The notes under the pieces are model-generated. The model had not been told where the DNA came from and searched no databases. It saw nothing but the letters and a program-made list of their open reading frames with translations. A program made the translations under genes and the position numbers. From NCBI GenBank assembly GCA_041740355.1, contig JBGSMD010000039.1, forward strand, positions 39,223 through 103,222: DNA of 64,000 nucleotides, read 5' to 3'. Below are positions 50,605 through 59,207 of the stretch, piece by piece (within the stretch, counting starts at the first letter, position 1; each line of letters opens with the position of its first letter). Source of the stretch: Bdellovibrionota bacterium (GTDB taxonomy: Bacteria > Bdellovibrionota_C > UBA2361 > CALJRW01).

Positions 50605-50765
50605 TAGTGAGTCAATAAATAAATTACTTTAAATGATTAACGATTTTGCTTGAGCTCACTATTAATGTTGTTTTTAGCTATGCAAACTTGGATAAAACCA
50701 AGATTTGCATTAGCCGTAATGACTCTATTCAATTTACTAACGTAAATTATTTTTTGTCATTACTA
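50605..50765. mobile_element. MITE, family B copy flanked by TA
   Basis: Aligns with 20526-20685 over its full length; the central roughly 95 bp are almost identical. It lies about 9 bp downstream of the AAA+ gene stop. Confidence 0.8.
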
Positions 50766-50774
50766 TATATGCTT

Positions 50775-53111
50775 TTAAATAATACCGCTTAATAGCACCC
50801 GACCAAACTTAGCATAAACTTCATCTTGATTTAGATTACGCCCATCAATGATGTCGGCTTCATAATAGTCGGGGTGGAAACGCATCATGTGTTCAAGTAC
50901 GGCACGGTCATGATCGGATTTAGAAATAATTGCCCAAATATTCTTGCCAATTTCAGAGTGATTTTTAATTCCCCACTCCATCATTTTATTAATATAATTT
51001 GCCACTGTCTTTAATTCTTCAGGAGCTGGTGGACGATCAAACCCATAAGACCCCCCACTGTTTCTCATCCGATCTACTACAGAAATTAAATTATCTACTA
51101 GCTGTTTACTACAGCTTTCCGATAGGATTTTTCTTTCCAATTCAGAATTCAGATAAGTCATTTTAATTGGGTGAACACGACGTAATAATGCATCGTTTAA
51201 ATCACGTTCATAGTTTTTAGTTAGAACGATTAATAAATTATCTAACTTTGCGTCAATCGGCGGTCGGCTTTCCAAGAAAATTGTAGCATCCTGGAGTGGC
51301 CCTAAAAAGAAAGTATCAATGGCAACATCAACTTTATCAATCTCATCGACAAGTAATACAACTGGCTGATTCTGGGATTTTAAAAATGCTCGGGCAATAA
51401 TCCCCAAGTTCATTAAATCTGATTTAGAATTCACATCTTTTCCAGCCATTGCTTGAGCCATAGCAACTTCTGATGGTGCTTCAATTAAATGTTGCAAATT
51501 CATTCCGCTGTAACAGCTTAAGCACATGAAATCGGCACCACAAATCTTAGACATTGCTTTTGCCAAATATGACTTACCACAACCCGGAGGTCCTTCTAAG
51601 AGTAAAGTTCTAACTTTCTCGGTTGGAGTGTTAAGTAGTAAACAAACTTGAGTGGCTAAGAATGGTAAACATTCGTATTTAACTTCTTCTAACTTTCCAA
51701 TTAACTCTTCCGGAGTTCCCACGTTAACAAGTCCGACTTGTTTGGCTTTATAAGTATTTTTACGTTTAGAATCTTCCGGGTCAGGAACAATCCCTTTTAA
51801 GACTTCACGACCTAACTTGGCATGAACCTGATCAATGTGTAATTGGCGGCCATTTGGATAAAGCGTATCATGAAAATTTGGATGATAACGCATCATTAAT
51901 TCAAGAATCTGCCGGTCATTTTCCGACTTAGCAATCATCTGCCAAATGTTTCTACCAACGAAACTAAAATCAACGATATCCCAATTTAATAACTGAGTTA
52001 CATACTTACCGATCTTTAATAATTCTTCCGGAGCTGGTGGACGATCAAATTGATATGCTCCATCACTGTAACGCATGACGTCAGCAATCTTTACTAAGTT
52101 ATTAATTAATTCTGGAATACAATAATTAGAAAGAATTGCTCTTTCTTGCTCCATATCCAAAAACTTGAGTGTAATTGGTTGAACACGACGAAGTAAGGCA
52201 TCATTCAGCGAGCGATCAAAGTTCTTAGTAAAACAAATTAATAAATTTTCATTACGAGCTTCTATTACTTCACCTGATTCTAAGAAAATCTTAGCATCTT
52301 GGAGAGGCCCTAAGAAGAAAGTATCAATTCCAATACTTACCTTATCTAACTCATCCACTAGTAAAATTACTGGCTTTTCCTGGGAAACTTTAAAAGCACG
52401 TGAGATAATACCAAGGGTCATCATTTCAATGTCTTCGCCATCTTTGGCGTTCATCGACTTCACGGCATTAGCTAAAGCCATACTTGATGGTGCTTCGATT
52501 AATTGCTGTAAATCCATACCTGGATAACAACTTAAGCACATAAATTCGGCACCAGTAATCCGAGCTAATGATTTGGCGAGGTAAGACTTACCGCAACCAG
52601 GAGGACCTTCTAATAAGATCGATCTAATCATGCTAGATTTTGTATTCATTGCCAAAGCAACCTGCGCTGCTAGGTATGGAGCACAATGATATCCAACACT
52701 GTCTAATTTGAAAACTAAATCTTCCGGACTACCAACATCACTTAAACTGGCCTGAACGTTAATTTCTTTAATGGCGTATTCTGGCTCGATGTCTGAGAAT
52801 TGATTCTTAGATTCTTTTAGTAATTCTTTATAATCTAAAAACTCTTGAGATTCTTCTTCTTCAATTTTTAGCATTTCAGCTAAATGATCAGTTTCAACCT
52901 GATGCTGATAATCTTCGGAAAGCAATAAATCTAATTCTGAAGCATAAGATTTGGAATGAGAATTATTATTTGCTTCGTTGGAATTGGAAGATGAACTTGT
53001 ACCTTCATCTTTGGCTGAAGGAATAAGTGGCACAACCGGCTTCATCCTGGTTGGACCGGTGTCCTCATCTATGGAGATATCTAATCTAAAAAAATCCTTT
53101 TCTTCGCCCAT
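50775..53111 (-). CDS. tandem-duplicated MoxR/AAA_5-like ATPase with disordered acidic N-terminus
   Basis: Two modules of about 315 aa (aa 126-442 and 464-778). Each has LLEGPPGCGKSYLAK, LLVDE(L/I)DK, LNDALLRRV, FDRPPAPEEL and MMR(Y/F)HP. Confidence 0.75.
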   Translation of the reverse strand: MGEEKDFFRLDISIDEDTGPTRMKPVVPLIPSAKDEGTSSSSNSNEANNNSHSKSYASELDLLLSEDYQHQVETDHLAEMLKIEEEESQEFLDYKELLKESKNQFSDIEPEYAIKEINVQASLSDVGSPEDLVFKLDSVGYHCAPYLAAQVALAMNTKSSMIRSILLEGPPGCGKSYLAKSLARITGAEFMCLSCYPGMDLQQLIEAPSSMALANAVKSMNAKDGEDIEMMTLGIISRAFKVSQEKPVILLVDELDKVSIGIDTFFLGPLQDAKIFLESGEVIEARNENLLICFTKNFDRSLNDALLRRVQPITLKFLDMEQERAILSNYCIPELINNLVKIADVMRYSDGAYQFDRPPAPEELLKIGKYVTQLLNWDIVDFSFVGRNIWQMIAKSENDRQILELMMRYHPNFHDTLYPNGRQLHIDQVHAKLGREVLKGIVPDPEDSKRKNTYKAKQVGLVNVGTPEELIGKLEEVKYECLPFLATQVCLLLNTPTEKVRTLLLEGPPGCGKSYLAKAMSKICGADFMCLSCYSGMNLQHLIEAPSEVAMAQAMAGKDVNSKSDLMNLGIIARAFLKSQNQPVVLLVDEIDKVDVAIDTFFLGPLQDATIFLESRPPIDAKLDNLLIVLTKNYERDLNDALLRRVHPIKMTYLNSELERKILSESCSKQLVDNLISVVDRMRNSGGSYGFDRPPAPEELKTVANYINKMMEWGIKNHSEIGKNIWAIISKSDHDRAVLEHMMRFHPDYYEADIIDGRNLNQDEVYAKFGRVLLSGII

Positions 53112-53347
53112 TTTTACCTTATAAATCTATGAGGAATTGCTAAATTAACTATTTTTTTGAGTAGCTAATTTTAAGTTTTACGATAATAACGCAGAACTTG
53201 CCCCTTGATTTTCGACAACCTAAGTATAAATCATTAGTATTTTCTATTTTGACTCTAAAAAAGTGAATTTTAGCGCGTAGTTATAAAACGTTAGTATAAA
53301 AAAATAAGATTTGGCTAGGATTTCAACGAAACTTAACATTTAAGCCG

Positions 53348-53719
53348 TTAAAAGGGCGTTTTAGCCTCCAGAAGCGAATTTATCCAAGAATCATATTCAT
53401 CTTGCTCCTTTTGCTGCAGCTTAAGATATCGTTCGGGAGATTTTTCTTTTAATCCCCACTTTTTAGAAGTGTAAGGATATTCAGCAATACAAAGTAAGTC
53501 CCTAAAATCATAATTAGCAATTTCGATTAACGATTTAATCTTTGCTATATTTCCATTAGAAGCCTTCAATATACCAAGGCGAACTCTATCACCTTCCAAA
53601 TGTTTATATTCAGCTAATAATTTTTGTATTTCAAGTTTTTGAGCATGCTCAGGAAATAATTTATCAATTATAATTGGTAGTAATAAATTATAATCACGAA
53701 CCGAAGAAAGATCGCTCAT
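53348..53719 (-). CDS. hypothetical protein
   Basis: 123-aa ORF, 31 nt downstream of aroC in the same orientation. No recognisable motif. Confidence 0.4.
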   Translation of the reverse strand: MSDLSSVRDYNLLLPIIIDKLFPEHAQKLEIQKLLAEYKHLEGDRVRLGILKASNGNIAKIKSLIEIANYDFRDLLCIAEYPYTSKKWGLKEKSPERYLKLQQKEQDEYDSWINSLLEAKTPF

Positions 53720-53749
53720 TAATTATTTATTCTCAAAACTTTATTACAG

Positions 53750-54829
53750 CTAATTGTAAGATTTATATTTAAGATAAAAATCTAGAACCACAATCGCCGA
53801 CATAGCATCAACTATCGGAACAGCTCTTGGCAATACGCAAGGGTCATGCCGCCCTGTAGCTTCCAATTTAACTTCTTGATTAGCTTGGTTTACGGTATCT
53901 TGAGATTTACTAATCGTAGCCACTGGCTTGAACGCAACTCTAAATTCGACTGGAGCCCCGGTTGTAATTCCACCAAGTGTTCCACCAGCTTGATTTTTCT
54001 CAATTACTACCTGTGCATCCTTAATTCGAAAAGGGTCATTATGATCGGAGCCTTTATAGTTTACACAATCAAATCCACTACCGAAGTCAAAACCTTTAAC
54101 CGCGTTAATACTAAGCATTGCTTTCCCCAGCTCGGCTGAAAAGCGATCAAAGACAGGTTCTCCCAATCCAATAGGCAAGTTTTTAATCACTCCTCTTATA
54201 ATCCCACCAACAGAATCTCCTTCATCCCGAATTCCCTCCACAAAAGAAATCATCTCTTCTGCGACTTTGGCATCGGGACATCTAACAATATTCGCTTCGA
54301 TTGCTTCCATCGTTACTTCCGACGGTATGATCGAAGTTTTAAGATGATGAATCTGTTCGACATAACTTAAGATTTCAATTTGTAATTTTTCTTTTAAAAA
54401 CTTCTTGGCAATTGCACCTGCGGCCACTCGAGCTAGTGTTTCCCGAGCTGAGGCTCTTCCACTTCCACGGTAATCGCGAACTCCGTACTTTTTTTCATAT
54501 GTAAAATCAGCATGTGAAGGACGATAAAGCTTAGAAAGTTCCGAATAATCTTGCGGACGCATGTCTTTATTAAAAGCCATGATCATAATTGGAGTTCCCG
54601 TAGTTTTGCCTTCAAAGACTCCAGAGTAGATTTTAATCTCATCTTCTTCTTTCCTTGGTGTTGTAATTTTACTTTGTCCTGGCTTACGACGATCAAGCTC
54701 TGGCTGAATATCAGCTTCTGTTAACAAAAGACCTGCCGGGCAACCATCAATTACTACGCCAACAGCTCCACCATGAGATTCGCCAAATGTTGTAATCTTA
54801 AATAAATCACCGAATGAACTACCTGGCAT
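53750..54829 (-). CDS. aroC: chorismate synthase
   Basis: 359 aa. FGESHGGAVGVVIDGCPAG and GRHDPC motifs. Confidence 0.93.
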   Translation of the reverse strand: MPGSSFGDLFKITTFGESHGGAVGVVIDGCPAGLLLTEADIQPELDRRKPGQSKITTPRKEEDEIKIYSGVFEGKTTGTPIMIMAFNKDMRPQDYSELSKLYRPSHADFTYEKKYGVRDYRGSGRASARETLARVAAGAIAKKFLKEKLQIEILSYVEQIHHLKTSIIPSEVTMEAIEANIVRCPDAKVAEEMISFVEGIRDEGDSVGGIIRGVIKNLPIGLGEPVFDRFSAELGKAMLSINAVKGFDFGSGFDCVNYKGSDHNDPFRIKDAQVVIEKNQAGGTLGGITTGAPVEFRVAFKPVATISKSQDTVNQANQEVKLEATGRHDPCVLPRAVPIVDAMSAIVVLDFYLKYKSYN

Positions 54830-55508
54830 TTAACATCTCCTGAAATAAATTGTATTGTTGTAAACTTAACTGTCCATTAATCACTGCTTTGTTTAAGGTT
54901 CGTGGCGCATAAATAATTGCTTGCTGATCTAGAAAGCAAGCAAACCTAGAAAGTAATCCTTCTTTACCAGCACCAAGAATAATTAATTGATTAGCACTTG
55001 TTGAGTATAAATCTTTTATTTTTAGTAAGTTTAGTAAATCATTACGGCAATTACAGAAACAAGCTATTTTATAAAACTCTGCTGTAACCTTTAACATCGC
55101 AACAAGAATCTCTTCTAATCCAGAATAATCAGGGGTTATTTGATAATTATGATAAGAAAGAATTAGTTTAGATTTGGCATTAAGATTATTCCAAAATTCT
55201 AATTCTTCTTTTTGAACTAAAAAATCTAAATCTACATAAACTCCAGCTTGGCTTACCAGTTCCAAAACAGCTTGCCTTTCTAGTGATGTTAAATTAAGCA
55301 GTTCCTGATCATTTCGACGAGTCAGTATCAGTAGTTGACTGGAATACTTTTCCGCAACTTCCTTAACAAATGCTAAATCCCAATCCGTAATATAATCTAA
55401 CCAAAGCTCAACTAAGTCATATCCTTCTAAGGCATTGTCAGCGAGCTTAAGAAATTCAGCTTTAGTTGTAACTATTTCCCCTAAACAAAACTTCATACTA
55501 ACTTCCAT
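54819..55508 (-). CDS. aroD: 3-dehydroquinate dehydratase, type I
   Basis: VELWLDY, ILSYHNYQITP, YKIA and GKEGLLSR patterns of type I DHQase. Confidence 0.75.
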   Translation of the reverse strand: MEVSMKFCLGEIVTTKAEFLKLADNALEGYDLVELWLDYITDWDLAFVKEVAEKYSSQLLILTRRNDQELLNLTSLERQAVLELVSQAGVYVDLDFLVQKEELEFWNNLNAKSKLILSYHNYQITPDYSGLEEILVAMLKVTAEFYKIACFCNCRNDLLNLLKIKDLYSTSANQLIILGAGKEGLLSRFACFLDQQAIIYAPRTLNKAVINGQLSLQQYNLFQEMLNAR

Positions 55509-56329
55509 TTAAAATGCGAGTACAAGACTTTACGGAAGATTTCACTGTCAATTTCCTTTCCAGTATATAAAAGGAATTGCTCTTTAGCTTGCTGGGTAAA
55601 CATCTCCACACCATGAATTGTTTTTGCACCTTGAGATTTAGCATCACGAAGGAGTGCGGTAGACTCTTGATTATAGATACAATCAAAAATGATCTGCTCT
55701 TTCTTGATTAACTTTTTCAAAACTGGTGAAGCATCATTAGGATCAAGTCCAATGGAAGTGCAATTAATAATGATATCGAATTCAGCTAATTCTGATAAAG
55801 TTTCCCACGAACCATGTTCTACCGAGAATTCCTCGGCTAAGTCTTCGGCTTTACTAGCTGTTCGATTAAAAATCTTAACATTCGCCTCGGCGGAACTCAT
55901 CGCATAAATTGCTGCTCGGGCAGCTCCGCTGGCGCCAAGAATTGCAACTGATTTGCCTGTCAAATGAGTTATCTCTTCCAGTGGCCTAAGAATTCCTAAA
56001 TAGTCGGTGTTCTCTGCGTGCCAAGTGGAATTCTTACGTATTAATGTATTAGCAGCACCAATCTTATCTACTGCCCAAGAAGATGTACCAGCAAAAGGTA
56101 AACAATTAATCTTATGAGGTAGAGTAACGCTAACTCCCACTGCACCAAGTTGTGCTAGGGTTTCTAGACCGGAATCAAGATCTTCGGGTTTAATTGGAAA
56201 GGCTCGAAAACTATACTCATTCTGAATACCGAGTGCTTCGTAACCAGCATTATGAATTAATGGGGAAAGACTATGTTCAATTGGATAACCAATTACACAA
56301 CATAATTTAGGTGTTTTAGTTACTGGCAT
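55493..56329 (-). CDS. aroE: shikimate 5-dehydrogenase
   Basis: GYPIEHSLSPLIHNAGY and NTDY motifs, and the GASGAARA Rossmann motif. Confidence 0.9.
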   Translation of the reverse strand: MPVTKTPKLCCVIGYPIEHSLSPLIHNAGYEALGIQNEYSFRAFPIKPEDLDSGLETLAQLGAVGVSVTLPHKINCLPFAGTSSWAVDKIGAANTLIRKNSTWHAENTDYLGILRPLEEITHLTGKSVAILGASGAARAAIYAMSSAEANVKIFNRTASKAEDLAEEFSVEHGSWETLSELAEFDIIINCTSIGLDPNDASPVLKKLIKKEQIIFDCIYNQESTALLRDAKSQGAKTIHGVEMFTQQAKEQFLLYTGKEIDSEIFRKVLYSHFKWKLV

Positions 56330-56823
56330 AAAATTAATTTAATTTCTTGGGCAACTTGTTGAATGCTAAAGATATCAGTATCAATCGTGTAGTCGGCGAC
56401 TTCTTGATATCTGTCTTGTCTTTCTTGATATAAACTCTGTGCACGATTTAAATCTAAAAATAGTGGCCGGGATTTATCATCTGCAAGACGAATTTTAATA
56501 TTATTAAAACTTGTCTTTAAGTAAAAAACGCTAAGGTCGGATTCTTTTAGCAACAACAAATTATAATTATTTGCTAAAATACCACCACCAGTTGAGAGAA
56601 CAAAATCATCATCTTCATCCAAAGTTTTCTCTAATAACTCTGATTCAATTTTTCGGAAAGCTTGCTCGCCTTCAGCTTTAAATAATTCAGCCACACTGGC
56701 ATATTCAGTTTTAGTTAAAATCTCCCGATCTAATTCAATTAACTTCAAACTTAAATCATTTGCGACAATCTCAGCAACGGACGTTTTGCCTGAACCCATA
56801 AATCCAACTAAAACTATTTTCAT
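56320..56823 (-). CDS. aroK: shikimate kinase
   Basis: MKIVLVGFMGSGKTSVAE P-loop. The ATG at 56823 overlaps the TGA of the upstream gene (ATGA). Confidence 0.85.
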   Translation of the reverse strand: MKIVLVGFMGSGKTSVAEIVANDLSLKLIELDREILTKTEYASVAELFKAEGEQAFRKIESELLEKTLDEDDDFVLSTGGGILANNYNLLLLKESDLSVFYLKTSFNNIKIRLADDKSRPLFLDLNRAQSLYQERQDRYQEVADYTIDTDIFSIQQVAQEIKLILCQ

Positions 56824-59207
56824 ACGATACTTAACCCACAAACTTCAATTTGCTGCCAAAAATCAGGAAAAGATTTACTTACCACCTGAGGATCAGCAAT
56901 TTTTATTTCAGGATAAATCGAAGCTAAAATTGCAAAGGACATTGCCATCCGATGATCATCATAAGTTTCAATTACCACTCCAGTCGTTGGGATCTGAATT
57001 GTCCCGCCAAAGATTTCAATAAAATCATCTCCAACAACTGTCTTAATATTTAACTTTTTTAACTCTTGAGATAAAGCCCTTAAACGATCAGTTTCCTTAT
57101 TTTTTAGGGTGCTAAGGCCAGTCAAGCGACTTGTTCCAGGAATTAGGCTAGCTAAAACTGCCAAGGTTTGAGCAGAATCGGGTAATTGCTCCAAATCAGC
57201 ATGAATTGCTTGAAGATTACTTTGTCCCTTAACGGCGATACTTCGCTCTCCCCTTTCAATCTGACAACCAATTTTTTCCAAAATGGGTATTAAATCTAAG
57301 TCCCCTTGCTTTGACTCTGGTGAAATATTATTCACTGTAATCGTCTGCCCCGTTGCCGCAGCCAAACACCAAAAGTATCCCGCACCGGTAGCATCACCAT
57401 CAATTTGATAGGCTTCCGCCTTAGGTAAAGAATCAAATATTAAAAAATAATTTCCTTCTTGTTCAATAACATTAACCCCAAAGTCATTCATCACTTGTAA
57501 AGTTAAATCGATGTAAGACTTTGATATTAAATCACCAATAATATTAATCTCCACGCTGGTTGCAAGTGAAGGCGCAGAAAGCATTAGTGAGGAAAGAAAC
57601 TGACTACTAATATCTGCTTTAATATCAACATTAAACTTATCTTGCTTTTCACGACCAATAATTTGAAGTGGTGGACAGTTTAGATTTCCTAGATAATTAA
57701 TCTCAACTCCTTGGCTAACTAAGGCATCTACTAAATGATTAATTGGGCGCTGATGCATCCGTTCGCTCCCGCGTAATTCCACAATCGAACCTGGCACAGT
57801 TGACACAAACGAAGTTAAAAATCTCATCGCTGTTCCAGCTGGACCGACATCGATTATCCCTTGATAGGCTGTTAATTTGTCAGGACGATCTATTAGTAAT
57901 GTATCTTCCGACCATTCAATTTTAATTCCAAATTTACGAAGTGCCTCGATTACGACCTGCGCGTCATCACAAATTGCTGGGTTATAAAGAATTGATTTCC
58001 CAACAGCCTGGCCTGCTAAAATTAAGGCTCTATTAGTTAAACTCTTGGACCCATTTAAATTAACGCTGGCATCTTTTACTTTCCCCTTAAGTCCTAAATG
58101 AACTTCTTCTTTAGTCTGATGAGAAGTAACTAAATATTTTTCTACAGCTGCTGCTAAATTTTCAGCACTGGCAGATTGATCAATTACTGCCTCTCCCATT
58201 CTCTTTAACAAGACCCATTTAATATCTTGGTTAGAATTTTTCTTATCTGTTAAAAGCTTAGCTTTAAATTCCAACGGATTAATTCTTGCTTCAACTTTAT
58301 TAGGAAGATTAAACTTTAAAATTAACTTCTCGATTCTTTTTAAATCATCCTCCGTAATTAATCCTTCTAATACTGCTAACTCACCCTCAATCAACATTCC
58401 CAATCCAACTGCTTCCCCATGAGCTAAGGGATTAGCAGAGTTTAAACAAATGCTTTCTAAAGCGTGTCCTGCCGTATGTCCAAAGTTAAGAATTTTTCTA
58501 AGTCCAGCTTCTTTTGGATCGGAACGGACAACTCCGGCTTTAATCGCAACAGACTTGGCAATTAAATCTGAAAAATTTGCGAAGTCTTTAACTGGCCACT
58601 GAAAATTTTCTAGGTAATCGATAAAACTACTATCGGCAATTAAAGCATGCTTAATATTTTCAGCCATTCCAGAGGATAACTCTCTCGCTGGCAAGGACTT
58701 TAAAGTTTCGGGATTAATCAGAACTGCTTTGGGTTGTTGAAAGGCGCCGAGCAGATTCTTAACATGATTAAAATTGATTCCAGTTTTGCCTCCAACTGAG
58801 GCATCCACTTGAGAAAGCAATGTTGTCGGAGCTTGAATAAAATCGATCCCGCGCATGTAAACACTAGCGGCAAATCCACCTAAGTCACCAACTACTCCAC
58901 CACCAAAATTAATAAGTAGTGAACGGCGGTCTGCTCCATTAAAACTTAATTCATGTAAAACATTTTCCAAAGTTACTAAAGTCTTATGCTCTTCTCCACT
59001 TTGAATTTGAATTAATTTAAAATTCTCTGGTAAGTAATTTGCGATTAACTCCTGACAGTTTTTCCAAACCTCAGAAGTTGTTAATAAAAATACCTTAGAG
59101 TAATTATTATTTGCAGTTAGATTAACTAACTCAGTGTAAGCCCCTGCTCCAATGATTAATTGATAACTTGCGGACTCTGCTGGAAGATCAATACCCAAGC
59201 GAAACAT
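56820..59207 (-). CDS. aroB-aroA: bifunctional 3-dehydroquinate synthase / EPSP synthase fusion
   Basis: The N-terminal half has GGGVVGDLGGFAA...DASVGGKTGINF (DHQS). The C-terminal half has LNGSKSLTNRALILA...GPAGTAMRFL...RMHQRPI (EPSPS). The ATG at 59207 overlaps the upstream TAA (TAATG). Confidence 0.88.
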   Translation of the reverse strand: MFRLGIDLPAESASYQLIIGAGAYTELVNLTANNNYSKVFLLTTSEVWKNCQELIANYLPENFKLIQIQSGEEHKTLVTLENVLHELSFNGADRRSLLINFGGGVVGDLGGFAASVYMRGIDFIQAPTTLLSQVDASVGGKTGINFNHVKNLLGAFQQPKAVLINPETLKSLPARELSSGMAENIKHALIADSSFIDYLENFQWPVKDFANFSDLIAKSVAIKAGVVRSDPKEAGLRKILNFGHTAGHALESICLNSANPLAHGEAVGLGMLIEGELAVLEGLITEDDLKRIEKLILKFNLPNKVEARINPLEFKAKLLTDKKNSNQDIKWVLLKRMGEAVIDQSASAENLAAAVEKYLVTSHQTKEEVHLGLKGKVKDASVNLNGSKSLTNRALILAGQAVGKSILYNPAICDDAQVVIEALRKFGIKIEWSEDTLLIDRPDKLTAYQGIIDVGPAGTAMRFLTSFVSTVPGSIVELRGSERMHQRPINHLVDALVSQGVEINYLGNLNCPPLQIIGREKQDKFNVDIKADISSQFLSSLMLSAPSLATSVEINIIGDLISKSYIDLTLQVMNDFGVNVIEQEGNYFLIFDSLPKAEAYQIDGDATGAGYFWCLAAATGQTITVNNISPESKQGDLDLIPILEKIGCQIERGERSIAVKGQSNLQAIHADLEQLPDSAQTLAVLASLIPGTSRLTGLSTLKNKETDRLRALSQELKKLNIKTVVGDDFIEIFGGTIQIPTTGVVIETYDDHRMAMSFAILASIYPEIKIADPQVVSKSFPDFWQQIEVCGLSIV

